Assembly: GCF_021028975.2 (NCBI RefSeq) | Contig: NC_059434.1 | Span: forward strand, 75,640,001-75,703,848 | Reading direction: 5' to 3' | From: Sphaerodactylus townsendi | Taxonomy: Eukaryota | DNA length: 63,848 nt | In this document: piece after piece, positions 24,203 through 36,884 of the stretch | How positions within the stretch are numbered: position 1 is the stretch's first letter | Layout: each line of letters opens with the position of its first letter | The notes under the pieces: model-generated | What the model saw: only the letters and a program-made list of their open reading frames with translations | What the model was told of the DNA's origin: nothing | The model's database searches: none | Program-made: the position numbers and the translations under genes

Positions 24203-26784
24203 GTAAGTGCTTAAGGGGGGGAGCAGCGTAGGACAGAGGCACCCAAACACCCTACCAGGGGCCCCCAGTCCTGCCACAGCCGCTGCTGCCATGTGCTCTG
24301 CAGACTGAAACCTGGGAATGGATCGCCCCTTTACTCACTCAGGATGCTGCTGCATTCCGAGGAAGAAAAAACAGGGTCTCCCCACCCCTTTCTCTGGCAG
24401 CATCTCTAGGATTTCAAGCTTGCTAGCTTCAAGCCTTCAGTTTCAGTGGGTCAGAGGCAGCCAGGGACCCTGCATCCACTGAAGTTTGCTCCCCTCCCTC
24501 TGGGATGCAAAACAAATCCCCCATTTCTCTCCCTCCCTTCTGTCTGCAAAACAGACTTTGGCTGTAGTGAGGGAGGGCAGCTGCGGGGGGTGGGAGCAAA
24601 ACTCAGATTTAGCACCGGCCTCCATTTTCCCTAGCTACGCCTCTGAAGGTAACCCAGCAGGGTTCTTTCGCAGAGCAAGGATTTGAGCCTAAGTCTCTCT
24701 GATCCTGGTCTGACACTCTAGCCACTACATCATGCTGGCAGGAAGTCCAGAGAATGTCCTTTCCTCTCTGTTGGTCCTTTCTGAGGTTAAACATGAGTAG
24801 CAGTGCCATTTGGGGGAGAGAGACTATGGGGGTTCCTTATCCCTTCTGGCAGGGTCTGATGGATATCAGTCGCAGTCTGATGGATATAGTGACAAACATG
24901 TTGGACTAGGACTGGACTAAGACTGGATTAATCCATTTGATTCATCACTTGGCCACAAAACTCACCTCGGGCCAGTTGTTCAGTGAGAGAGCACCTGCCT
25001 GGCATTTAGGACCACCAATCTCAAAGTGGGGCCTGGTCTTCAGACTGCAGTGATCAGTTCCCTGGCAGAAATGGTATAGACTCTATGATATACCATGGAG
25101 TATAGGATAAACAAAAATCCTACGGTGACATATTGGCACTGAGCTTATTCCCCTCCCCAAATTCTCCCAAGGCACCCCCACCAAATCTCCAGGAATTTTG
25201 TAAGCCAGAGATGGCAACCCTGTTTGCCTGAATAAGAATGCAGGCTCAGTTCCTGGCCCCTCCAATGAAAGAATCTCAGTTAGTAGGCATTGGGACAAGT
25301 TCTTTCTTTGCCTGAGACCCTGGAAAGATAGTACTGAGCTAGGTGGGCCAATGAGTGAAGTAAAATGTATTGTGAATAGTTCACAGCACAGTCCTGTACA
25401 GAGTTACTCCAGTCTCAGCCCATTGATTTCATTCGGCTTCCGCTGAGGTAACTCTGCATAGGATTGCAGTTTATGTCCACTCTCTTTATTCATTCATTTA
25501 GTGCATGTTTAGCCTGACACTCTTGGTTATATTGCAAAAAAAGCAGAATGATTTGCAAGCATCTGGGGACAAAAAAAGAAGCATATATCAGGCAGAGAAA
25601 GTTTGTTTTACAAGACAGTCAGTTCTGACTGAGGCTGCATAAGATGCTAAAATGCTTGGAGTGCTAGTGGGTGTGGCCTCAAGGAGGAGATCTGGGTTCA
25701 AATCCCTTTCTTCTTGGCCCCAAAGTGCAGAGTGTGACTTTGGGCTAGCCATGGATGTCTCTGCCTTGCCTGCTCTCTAGTTTAAACAACATTAAAAGTA
25801 ATGCTGTTTCAGTGTGGATTCCCCCCTTCAAAAAATAGCATCACTTTCAATGTTGTTTAAACTAGGCTGCCCTGGGTGTGTTCAGATTTGTGTGTTGGGG
25901 CATGTTCTATAATGTGATGGTGACTTTGAGATGACATGGTCCAAAAAATGTTGTTTGGTCATGGTGGGGCGGGGGCGCAAAACTCAGATTTCGCCCCGGG
26001 CTCCATTTTCTCTAGCTACACCTCTGCACTGAACTCTGAAACGTGGACATTCAACCTTATAGGGGTTTAGCCCCCAGCGCCGAAGTGGGAGGGCTGGTAA
26101 TGTTCCTTCCAAAGCACACGATCTGCTTTGCTTTGAATGGAAACAGGGTTACAGACAGCCAATTTCCCTGTCATCTGGCAGAATGTAGAATGCACCTGAA
26201 CAGTCTGTAACCTTTACATTTCGTGCAGGGGGGAGTTGTCCCCCCTTTTTGGGGGGAATGGAAAAACATCTTTTTCCTAGGTGTCCTGCCTTCTGGTTTC
26301 ATTATCCAGATGGGGACAAACCAGTTCACTATTAAAGGGTTTACATCATCTGTGGCATGAGATATCACAGATGTAATGCAAAACAATAGTTTTTGGTAGG
26401 AAGAGAAACTTGAACTGGGGAGGGGAGGAATGAGGGGCAATAAGTTGGTGTCTCCCAAGGCCGGCTTCTGATGTCAAATTATGGATTACAGGGAACTGTC
26501 CTTGTGTCTGCACCGGCTTCTTGGGTTGCTGTAATTTTTTATGCCAACTTCCTGTGCCATGACCTATAGAAAATGAAAATGTGAATCTTTCTCTATCACT
26601 GCCCCTGTGGGTCCTGAAAAGGCCACAAATTTCTGCCTCATACCAGTGTTTAAGGCACCTGAGTCTGCACAGAAAAAAAATCAGATCCATACAGACTGTA
26701 CGAGTGCTAATAACGTGTACTGCATATGCCTGCCGTTCTAGTATCATGCTGCCGCTTGTGGTGTTACAGACAGCACCTTGAGGA

Positions 26785-27205
26785 GTTCCTTCCCTTGAGG
26801 GGCCATTGGGAACTTGACTGTAGGGGCTCCTGTTTCTACCTTCTAGGAGTTTAGAATAGGATGCACTCAGACGTTCTGTAGATTACCTCACAACAGCCCT
26901 GTTAGGTAAGTTAGGGATTCCTTAAGGGGTTCCTTATGGCCACTGGAAACTTGATAGTAGGGATATCATCAGCTTGCTCCTCTCACTACCTTCCAGGAGT
27001 TTAGAATAGGATGCACTCAGATGTTCTGTAGATTACCTCACAACAGCCCTGTTAGGTAAGTTAGGGGTTCCTTACGGCCATTGGGAACTTAATAGTAGGG
27101 ATATAATCAGTTTGCTCCTCTCACTACCTTCCAGGAGTTTTGAATAGGATGCATCCAAAGATTGTTCTGTAGATGACCTCACAACAGCACTGTTAGGTAG
27201 GTTAG
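26785..27205. repeat. Local tandem repeat, about 3 copies of a ~135-140 bp unit
   Basis: AGGAGTTT(A/T)GAATAGGATGCA...CCTCACAACAGC(C/A)CTGTTAGGTA recurs at ~26845, ~26995 and ~27134. Confidence 0.9.
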
Positions 27206-28167
27206 TTTGAAAGATAAAATACTTGTCTAAACTTATTGTTTAGTACCTGGGTTGGTTTATTCATAGGCTAGGACCTTTGATGGTGTATTGATGATACTCA
27301 GACTAGTCCATGTCTAAAATTCACATTTAGCGTTGCAGCCCCTGTTGGAAATGGGACGCTATTCAGTTATCAGTTTTCACATTTTAGCATTTAAATACCT
27401 ATTTTTCCTCTTTCAAGTTAATATCAATGACTGGAAGCTTTCTGCGAACAGATGCTGTTCATACTGTTCTGCCGCCCCCGAAGGTTACATTTATGGGGAT
27501 GCATTTTGTTCTACATCGGGAGGCAGGGCGTTCCACCGTGCAGAAAGAAATCTCCCTGCAAAAATCTCCAGTGAATCCAAGCCAGTATCTATTTACACTG
27601 GTCTTAGCATGTAAACGCAAGTAGTCCACACATAAAAAAAAAATCAGCTGGTTTAACCTGTTTTGATTTCCAAGTTTAGGTCATTTAGGCGTAAACACAG
27701 GCAGGCCAATGGGGAAAGCAGAGTAGCTTATAAAATACTAGGAAGGAGGTTAAGAGATTAAATCAAGGAAAAGTGGAAGGCTCAAAGGATCATACTGGGA
27801 GAATTGCATAAGCTTACCCAGAAATCCGCACGGGCCATCCTCTGTGTGCTCTTGCCATGCATGATCTTTTAAACAGCATCTCCCAGGCAAGTCTCAAGAT
27901 GCCATGAAAATAAATGCTTCTTTAATGCAGATGGACTTTCTAGCCAAGTTCCCTTTGCAAAGTTCAGGTGACGAAGCGTGCTCGGCAGTTTGGTCCTGAA
28001 AGCTTGACTCTAGTCATTAACCTGCTTTTTTTTTTTTAAGACATCTTTCCATGATGTAAATGTGGACCAACCAGGAAAGAAATGTGTGCTTTTAAGCACC
28101 GTACACTTGTCACTATTGTCATGTGCATTCTTGAACATGGTGTTTTGATACAAAGGCATTTATAGTT

Positions 28168-28356
28168 GGAGTGTTGTGTGGTTTCGTTTCCAGGCTGTAT
28201 GGCCATGTTCTAGTAGCATTTTCTCCTGATGTTTCGCCTGCATCTGTGGCTGGCATCTTCACAGGATCAGGAGAAAATGCTACTAGAACACGGCCATACA
28301 GCCTGGAAATCACACAACACCCCAGTGATTCTGGCCGTGAAAGCCTTTGACAACAC
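28168..28356. mobile_element. Penelope-like element end, inverted arrangement
   Basis: Inverted arms and terminal GGCCGTGAAAGCCTT(T)GACAA. Flanking near-repeat CAT(T/C)TATAGTT. Confidence 0.75.
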
Positions 28357-29807
28357 ATCTATAGTTCATTGAACTACTATCACTAAACTTGCCAACAGAT
28401 GTGGGGAGCTGAGCTAGGTAGGCGCTAGGACCCACACAGAGCATTCTACAGCAAAGAAGGTCCGGCATGTTCCGTGAGGGAAGAATATTCAACCCTACTA
28501 ACATCTTTTTTCTGAGACAGACAATAGCGAGTGCAAAGGAGGGGATCAAAACAAAACAGATCAAAATTTTGATCTTTCAGGGGGAAAAGATCCCCCGCCC
28601 CCCCGGCCATAAACATTATTAATTCTGTTTTCAAAATTCATTTGAAATTATGGAGCAAGGAGGAGTAATACATGAAGGAGACTGCATGGAAGTTTAAGCA
28701 GAAATTGCCTTCACATGAAGCCTGCTGGGTGACCTTGGGTGAGTCACAGTTCTCTCAGAACTCTCTCAGCCCCACCTACCTCACAAGGTGTCTGTTGTGG
28801 GGAGGGGAAGGGAAAGCCACTTTGAGACTTCTTAAAGGTAGAGAAAAGCAAAGTATAAAAAACAAGTGCTGCTTCTTCAGAGCATTCCCAAGAAGGCTAG
28901 TACTAGACTAGGAAATGGGCATAATTAAGGTTAGGAAGGTAGGTTTAAATCCCAGCATCTCCAGTTAAAAGGATCAGGATGTGGGTGAGGTAAAAGGCTC
29001 GGACCTGAGACCCTGGACAGCTACTGCCAGCCTGAGTAGGAAATACTGATGTTGATGGACAGATGATCTGGTTCAGTATGAAGTAGCTCCATGTGATTCA
29101 TCCTTAGCAACTAGGATCAAACAATTCATTTTTCTAAGGAACCTGTCCTGTGAGGGAAACTTTGAATCTCTGTTCCTAATGTGACTTGCTTATTTGCCAG
29201 AGTGTAGCAACAGTTTGTGAGGGGAAACAAGGATGAAAACAGGCTCTTGCCAATAAAAATGTTTATTTTAAGATGCCCACCAAACAGATATTTTGAACCT
29301 AAATTGGTCTTCCCCTTAGGACTCTGAAATTCTGGGTGCTTTTTCCTGGGAGTAAGCCTCATGGAATAAAATGAGCTTGCGTCTTGAGTAAACTTGCTGA
29401 GCGTTGCTTCCATTATGACTCTTGATATATTCAGTCCTCTCTGCCTTGCTTGTGCTTATCTCAGGCAAACAGATTTTCAAAAAAAATGTTTATGAAATCT
29501 TATCTATTCATTTGCATGTTTGAATTTTTCTTCTTTTTAAAAAAAGAAATATGCACTGAGATCTCATCACAGCCGAAAATAGCCAACATTTCAGCATATT
29601 CCATGCATTTCCAAAACAGATGGTTCATTTTCTTCAACTTCATAGAAAAAGCAAAGAGGCGTGGGGTGTCTACTGAACAATAGTTCCATTTTTCATATTT
29701 TAATGGTTGGAATGTTCCTGATAGTTTCTGGGAGGTTATACGGTACCTTTAAACTTTCCAAACTTTCTATTGGTGCATCATATCAAGAGCCCTGAACTGG
29801 ATAGCCC

Positions 29808-29964
29808 NNNNNNNNNNNNNNNNNNNNNNNNNNNNNNNNNNNNNNNNNNNNNNNNNNNNNNNNNNNNNNNNNNNNNNNNNNNNNNNNNNNNNNNNNNNNN
29901 NNNNNNNNNNNNNNNNNNNNNNNNNNNNNNNNNNNNNNNNNNNNNNNNNNNNNNNNNNNNNNNN
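29808..29964. other. Assembly gap 2
   Basis: Run of N. A 5S-SINE head (GCCCTGAACTGGATAGCCC) precedes it and the SINE body resumes at ~30128, consistent with correct local order. Confidence 1.
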
Positions 29965-30127
29965 CCCTCCCCCGGAGGGCTCAGGGAGGTTTAAAACAAT
30001 AACAAAACAAGTGGATAAATAAAATACATACAAAGTTAAAATACAGCGCTCGATTATCATAAACCGATTAAAATACAGATGGCATCCGACTATTAAAAAC
30101 TCCTCTAAGAGGGGAACAGCGGGCCTT

Positions 30128-30237
30128 AGATCTCAGAAGCCAAGCAGGGTTGACCCCTAGTAAGCATTTGGATGGGAGACCTCCAAGCAATGCAAAGGTT
30201 GTGATTCAGAGGCAGGCAATGGCAAACCACCTCTCAA
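30128..30237 (+). mobile_element. 5S rRNA-derived SINE fragment
   Basis: AGATCTCAGAAGCCAAGCAGGGT...TTGGATGGGAGACC resembles the 5S internal control region, followed by a GGCAATGGCAAACCAC tail. Confidence 0.7.
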
Positions 30238-30549
30238 AGTCCCTTTCCTTATGGGAATAAGGGATAAGTCTTAAGTTTTTAATGTGCAACTGAAAGCTGG
30301 TATATTGTTATAACATTTTCTTGTCATTGTCTGATTTTGTTGGGCAGCATAATAATGTAGTTGGGTTGTTGTTGTTTTTTTAAAAAAGGTTTTCCTCTCC
30401 AGTGGGCAGAGGCCTAGCAATTGAAGTTATGCTTTATGACATTTCTTTTTTACACCAGTGATGCTGTGTCACTGCTGGTCGAGGGGGTAGGGACGGAGAA
30501 AGACGATCTTTCCCAGTTGCTAATTTTATCTCACGGTGTTGGCTTGCAG

Positions 30550-30703
30550 TGCCTCACAATCGCAGCCCGAGAGTGTGGCATTGGCACATTCCAGCAGCCC
30601 AGAGTCTGAGAGCACGAGTGACTCAGACAGTTCCTCGGACTCCGAGAGCAGCTCCAGCGACGGCGAAGCCAATGATCCCCCCACGAGAGCCTCCACGCCT
30701 GAG
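30550..30703 (+). CDS. AFF1: AFF1 coding exon G (154 nt), Ser-rich region: ASQSQPESVALAHSSSPESESTSDSDSSSDSESSSSDGEANDPPTRASTPE
   Basis: TTGCAG acceptor and GAG|GTAACC donor. Matches human 'APQSLPEPVASAHSSSAESESTSDSDSSSDSES'. Confidence 0.96.
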
Positions 30704-31655
30704 GTAACCACGTCCACATTCTGAATGTGTGGTTGGTACAATGGGAATAGCCAACATGGGGCTTTTGGCCAATTAGATCATAGTTCTTATGACAGGGGTC
30801 CCTGACAAAGTACCAATACATTTCCTGGTTTCAAGGTGGGGCTTTTGCCCAGGGAAGCTTCTGATTGGCCTTTGGAGATTGACAGGTTGTGCAGATCTTT
30901 TAAAAAAAACATTGCTTTAGCAGCAGCTGCCACTACAGCTCAGGGATCTGTATTGTGTGACAGAATGTAAGCAGCGGCATCCATTTTGTGCCTGGCTCCG
31001 CCTCCTATGGCAGCCATTTTGTGGCAGCTATTTTGTAACTCTGTCTACCAGGCTGTGTCAGAATTCCAAAGGTGCCTGCAGGATCAAAAAGTTCGAGGGT
31101 CACGAGCCATATGAATTCACCTTCTTTTCTGACCACAGGTCTCCCTCTGTAAACACATGGCATCTGTACAGAGATTGAACATGGAGTATTTTTACCCGTT
31201 TGGCCTGGGTAACATCTCTACACATAAAAGCTCTTATGAAGTTTTGGTCCAAATCTGTTCGCCTTGCCGTGTTTTCAACTAACTACTTGTTTATCGGATA
31301 ATGCAGTTCTTTGAAATCAGATTTTGCCCAAAGCCGTCGAATTTTGACAGGAGTCTGCCTGGAACATTGAGACTTGAGAGGAAGGATTCTTGTCCACACC
31401 TCCTTTTTTTCTGGGACGTGGCTGGACTCCCTGTGGTTTTGCTTGGCTTGGGCAGTCGAATTTGAAAGGCCTCGGTGACCTACTTGGGAAGTCGGAAATA
31501 ACTCTACAGCTCCATAATTGAAAACAGACAAGTTTTGCAATTGCTTCAGAAATTTTAAAAACTGGGTGTTTTTTTTAAGTCATTGGCATAACATCAGGCT
31601 TCGTGCCATTGTTTAAAGGGACTCTGGAATAGTGCTAATGGCTTCTTTTAAAAGC

Positions 31656-32026
31656 CAGCGTGGTGTAGTGAGAACCAGCGTTGTATAGTGGTTAAGAGCA
31701 GGTGCATTCTAATCTGGAGAAACAGGTTTGATTCCCCATTCCTGCACCTGAGTGGAGGCTTATCTGGTGAACCGGATGCGTTTCTGCACTTCTACATTCC
31801 TGCTGGGTGACCTTGGGCTAGTCACAGTTCTTCAGAGTTCTCTCAGCCCCATCTACCTCACAAGGTGTCTGTTGTGGGGAGAGGAGGGGAAAGGAGCTTG
31901 TAAGCCACCTTGAGTCTCCTTACAGGAGAGAAAGGTGGGGCATAAATCCAAACTCCTCCTCCTCCTCCTCCTCCTCTTCTTCTGCTTCTGCTTCTTCTTC
32001 TTCTTCTTCTTCTTCTTCTTCTTCCT
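31656..32026 (+). mobile_element. tRNA-derived CORE-type SINE with (CCT/CTT)n tail
   Basis: Family match, with a duplicated head CCAGCGT(G/T)GT(G/A)TAGTG. Confidence 0.8.
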
Positions 32027-32448
32027 CATGGATCACTCTTCTGCCATTTTGAACCAGCACTTTAGTACTTTAGGAGTGAGAGAGATCTTTCTGTTCAGTC
32101 CAGGAAACTCAGGGCTGTGAATGTGGTTCTCTGTTCCTCTGTTTTACCCTCACAACAGCACCATGGGGAAGATGCGGTTGAAAGATGGTGACTGAACCAA
32201 GGTTTTCTGGCAAGCCATGTCAGAAGAGCGATTTTAACCCAGTTCTAATCCAATGCCAAGTATCCCCTGGATTTAGATCAGCATGGGGCTGTTGGGAATC
32301 GTAATCCATGAATATCTGTAGGACCAGAGTTGGACACCCCTGGTTTAAATATTTTATGAGGAGCCCAAGTCTAGTCGTTACTCTCACTAGAGAGGGAGTA
32401 CTATTTCAGTCTGCAAGTGAAACACACATGATTAAAAGCTCCTCTGTA

Positions 32449-32662
32449 GGACTCCGTGGCACAGATTGGTAAACTTCAGTACTGCTGTCCAATCTCTGCT
32501 CACAACCTGAGATTAATCCTGACAGAAGTTGATTTCAGGTAGCTGCCTAAAAGTTGACTCAGCCTTCCATTCTTCTGAAGTCAGTAAAATGAGTACTGGG
32601 CTTGCTAGGTAGGGCTAAAGTGTAGATGACTGGGGAAGGCAATGGCAAACTACCCTGTAAAC
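32449..32662 (+). mobile_element. Second tRNA-derived SINE family with RTE-like tail
   Basis: GTTGACTCAGCCTTCCAT...GTAAAATGAGTAC and GGGGAAGGCAATGGCAAAC motifs recalled from squamate SINEs. Confidence 0.55.
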
Positions 32663-32677
32663 ATAATCTGCCTACGT

Positions 32678-33227
32678 GGTGCAGTGGTTAAGAGCGGATT
32701 TGATTCTCCAGTTCTTCACATGAGAGGCAGACTCAAATCCGGTGAACCAGGTTTTGTTTCCCCACTCCTCTCCTCTACATGAAGAAGAAGAAGAGTTGGA
32801 TTTATATCTCTCTAAGGAGACTCAAAGGGGCTTACAAACTCCTTGCCCTTCCCCCCTCACAACCAATACCCTGTGAGGTGGGTGGGGCTGAGAGAGCTCA
32901 GAAGAACTGTGACTAGCCCAAGGTCACCCAGCTGGAGTACGTGGGAGTCCACAGGCTAACCTGAATTCCCCAGATAAGCCTCCACAGCTCAAGTGGCAGA
33001 GCAGGGATTCAAACCCGATTCCTCCAGATTAGAGTACACCTGCTCTTAGCCACTGCGTCACCTGCTGGGTGACCCTGGGTCAGTCACAGTGCTCTCAGAA
33101 CTCTCAGCTTCACCTTCCCTCACAAGGTGTCTGTGGGAGGGAAAGGAAGGGAAGGAGTTTGTAAGCTGTTCTGGGACTCCCTACATTGAGAAAAGTAGGG
33201 TATAAATCCAGACTCTTCTTCTTCTAG
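32678..33227. mobile_element. Nested SINEs: plus-strand copy interrupted by a minus-strand copy (~32782-33060)
   Basis: SINE head up to CTACATGAAG, then a full reverse copy, then resumption at CCTGCTGGGTGACC. Confidence 0.75.
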
Positions 33228-33611
33228 CTAATGTCATGATGTGATGTCACCCCAGGTGTCAGTTATGACCCGTTGCTTGCATGGGAAATTACCTTGAATT
33301 TATTTATACAGAAAACTAGCAAATCCTGGATGAGGGTTCTAGCCTGGCCTCTGGCAGGCTAGATTTCTGCATATGTGGAATGTTTTGCCTGGTAGGACAT
33401 TCCATCATGACAGCTGAAATGCAAATCCCTACAGTAGGATTATCACATCTGAGAGAAATAGGCTACTGGGTGACCCCCCCCCCCCATTTTTTTAAAGTTC
33501 ACCTTCTTATCTAGGATCCTACATCCGTATCCAAAGATTTTATTGTATAGCCTTAGAGTATAAAATATTGTAAAATATTGTATTGATTTTATTGTATAGC
33601 CTTAGAGTATT

Positions 33612-33980
33612 AAATAAAGTAAATAAATAAATAATAAAACATTAAAAAAACTTCAATATAAGTTACAGAAAAGTTAAGAAGAAATTACTGTATATAAAAT
33701 TCTGTAAATTTTAATAATACTAGTCGCAAACCGATAGAGGGGAAGTCAGAGGGGTATTCAGTGGGAGGGGGAGTAGGGAAGGGTTTGTTTAAGGGATTAA
33801 GGACAAATATTAAATGTGATTAGTAAAGCTTTGATTTTTGTAAAACTCTATATGGGAAATTCTTTTATTTGTACGGACAATTATTTTATATGTATGCACA
33901 AATGCTCTCACCTATAAATGTATGAAATATTCCTTAATGCCTATTGTGAAATTGCAATAAAAATATTATAAAAAAAAAGA
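33612..33980 (+). mobile_element. Possible L1-like/retroposed 3' end
   Basis: AT-rich segment ending in AATAAA plus an A-tract, with a short AGTATAAAAT repeat on both sides. Confidence 0.35.
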
Positions 33981-34640
33981 AAAGTATAAAATCAACAACA
34001 AGACTTCCACTTTAAAATTCTTCCCCATAGCTGAATAGACAGTGCTAAAACCCTTTAACGGTGCAAGGTCATGCTAATAGGAGGGGTATTCTGAGCAGAC
34101 TTCTTTCTTTGGTACCTCCTTGGTGACAGGACATCCTGTAGGATACAAAAGAGTCAGTCTCTAAAGCAAAAAGTTCAGTTTATCGAAGTCAGAATAAAAC
34201 TGTATCCCATTTAAAATCCTGGAAAGAAATTTAAACACCCCTACCCCCAAGAAAGTGCATATACAGGTGTATTAGTCTAACATACTAAAATTCCATAACA
34301 GGCTCACTGGTAATTCAACTGTTTTAAGTCTAAAAGATACTTTATGGTACTGAAGTAGTGTCACATAATTGCTGACAGATTCGGCAATTAGTCACAAATA
34401 AAAGTCACATATGAACATTGAAAATGGGGAATTCTGGATATGAAATCCATTTCACCCTCAGGGCTATGGGCTTGATCACTTCCAACAACTTAATAGCATG
34501 GCCAGTCTCAGAAGTCAATATGAGGTGTAATAATCATGAAAGCCTTCTTATGTTCCCTTTCGTGTAGGACTGTGCACCCACAAGTCAAATAGTAATTCGG
34601 TAATAATACAGTTATAAACCTCTGCGTTGCCTTTCCGTAG

Positions 34641-35582
34641 CCCAGTCCACCGACATCCAGCCGATGGCAGCTCAACAACTGGATAATAAAGGTGCCTCAC
34701 CCGGCGTCCCCTGCTGAGAATTTCCTCGAGGATGACGGCAGTAGGTGCAGCCTCCGGGAGAATAAAGAGCCACGCAAGTCGTCCAGCAGCAGCAGTAGCA
34801 GCAGCGACAGCAGCAAAGGCGAATGTCCTCAGCTGACGGAGAGTCACTCCAAAACCCCTGGCAAAGCTCCGCGGTCTGCCCCTGAGGTGCACCTCCCCAC
34901 CAAGCGGACCTACCAGAAGTCTCCCGTGCACTCGGGCAGGCAGACAGTGGCCAGCAAGCAGCCCAAGAAGTCTAGCAAAGTCTTGGTACTGGAGGAGCAG
35001 AAGGGAGGCTTGAAAGTGGAAAGTGAGCCGCTCGGTCCGTACGGGGCTAAAGACCAGTCTTCCAAAGACAAGCCCAAAGTAAAAACGAAAGAGCGGCCCA
35101 AGCCAGGTGGCCGGAAGGAGCCGAAACCGGCAGCGCCAGAGCCTTTGGAGAAGAAAAAGCACAAGACCTCACATTACGGCAACGCTAAACCGTTTTTGGA
35201 CCGTGACGCCGTAAAAGACAATGGGGTCGGCAGCACTCTGGAACAGTCGCCCCCCAGTCCCGTAGTTCAAAACCCCCAGGTTGCGGCCTTCAGCAGAACT
35301 ACTGGCGCAAAGCCGGCCGCTGTGGCAAGAGAGGGCCACCATAGGGATAAGGTTCTCTTGCCAGTCAGGGATAAGAAGTTGTTGACTCCCTTGCGGGATT
35401 GTCCGGTACCTCGAGCTCTGGTGGTTAAAATTGACCTTGGCCTCCTCTCACGGATTCCGCAGCCTGGCCGGAAGGGGAGCTGCCTGAAACAACTGGAGAT
35501 CAAAGAGAGCCGCAGTATGAAGAAGCCAGAGGCTGACAGGAGGAGTGCAGAGATACCAAGCAAGTTCTCCCAAAAGAGGAAG
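34641..35582 (+). CDS. AFF1: AFF1 coding exon H (942 nt): PSPPTSSRWQLNNWIIKV...KDKPKVKTK...LVVKIDLGLLSRIPQP...FSQKRK; includes the AF9/ENL-binding motif (35418-35459)
   Basis: CCGTAG acceptor, AAG|GTGAGA donor, open frame. Matches human 'PEPPTTNKWQLDNW', 'SKDKPKVKTK', 'EKKKHK' and 'LMVKITLDLLSRIPQP'. Confidence 0.97.
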
Positions 35583-36119
35583 GTGAGAGGCTTTTGAGGC
35601 TTGGTAAATGTGCTCTTCAGGGTTGAATGTTAAAACCTAGACTTCCCCCCCCCCCCCAAAAAAAAATTGCATACTTTGTTCTCTGAATTGAACATTGAGC
35701 AATCCATAAAAATTAATTTTGTAGCAGACCTCCTGCAGTCACTGCAGATATAAGAGCGAGCCCTTAACTGCTGATCTGTCTGGTTCAGTCTTGTCTGCTC
35801 CAGCTGTCCCCAAACATGATGCTAGGGGAGCTGTGGTGCCCACTGATATGTTTCCTGGTGGCTGCCAACTGTTTTTTTTTTAAACTTTGGGGGATCCCCA
35901 AGGGTTTTACTCTCCAGTGCTGGTGTGTTTTCTCCCCTTTGGCAAACCAAAGTATGATTGTCTGCCATAAACTACTTAGCCAGAAGGAATGTTCCCGTCT
36001 CAAAATTGTGAAGTAGTGTAGGCTGAGTTTGTGTAACTGGCCCAAGGTCACCCAGGAAGCTTCCATGGCAGAGCGGGGCTCCAGGACTGAAACGTTAGCA
36101 ACTCATCACACTATTTAGA

Positions 36120-36884
36120 GCCAGCGTGCTGTAGTGGTTAAGAGCAGGTACACTCTAATATGGGGAACTGGGTTTGATTCCCCGCTCTGCCACTTGAGCT
36201 GTGGAGGCTTATCTGGAGAACCAGATTAGCTTGTGCACTCCAACACATGCCAGCTGGATGACCTTGGCCTAGTCACAGCTCTTCGGAGCTCTCTCAGCCC
36301 CACCTACCTCACAGGGTGTTTGTTGTGGGGGGGGGGGGGAGGAGGGAAAGGAGATTATAGGCCAGTGATGGTGAACCTTTTTGAGACCGAGTGCCCAAAT
36401 TGCAACCCAAATCCCACTTATCTATCACAAAGTGCCAACACAGCAATTTAACCTGAATACTGAGCTTTTAGTTTAGAAAAAACTGGTTGGCTCCCTCTTC
36501 CTCTGCCCCATCCGCTCAAGCCTCCAGCAAGTCCCACACGGACTGCTCTGTTCCTCTATAACATATCTGCCTCCTCTGCACACACACCCCTCGGGCAGCA
36601 GCCACCCAGAGCACAGGCACCAGGCCCGCCAGCCAAGTCTTCCCTGCTCACTGCGGTGCGCGCATGTCGTGCTCAGTGGCCCAGGCCAGCCTAGATGTGT
36701 GTGTGTGGGGTGTGTGTGATTTTCCGCCCACCACATGACGAACTCTGTGTGCGTGTGCCCACAGAGAGGGCTCCGAGTGCCACCTCTGGCACCCGTGCCA
36801 TAGGTTCGCCATCACTGTTATAGGCCCCTTTGAGTCTCCTTGCAGGAGAGAAAGGGAGGTTATAAATCCAAACTCTTCTTCTTC
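36120..36884 (+). mobile_element. tRNA-derived CORE-type SINE interrupted by a hAT element
   Basis: SINE body up to GGAGATTATAGGC, resuming at CCCTTTGAGTCTCC after the insertion. Confidence 0.8.
36363..36817. mobile_element. Non-autonomous hAT element (CAGTGATGGCGAACCT TIR family)
   Basis: TIRs CAGTGATGGTGAACCT / AGGTTCGCCATCACTG, with perfect 8-bp TSD TTATAGGC. Confidence 0.9.

Noticed and set aside
23325-24231. ORFs of 203 aa and 164 aa as novel genes
   Set aside because: No recognisable domain, explained by GC-rich composition, and out of phase with exon G at the 24202 donor.
26785-27205. CRISPR-like array
   Set aside because: The units are contiguous tandem duplicates without unique spacers, in a vertebrate context with no cas genes.
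30128-30185. 5S rRNA gene
   Set aside because: Partial, diverged and fused to a SINE tail.
34548-35563. Antisense ORFs of 204, 84 and 98 aa
   Set aside because: Shadow frames of the GC-rich AFF1 exon H with no independent signal.
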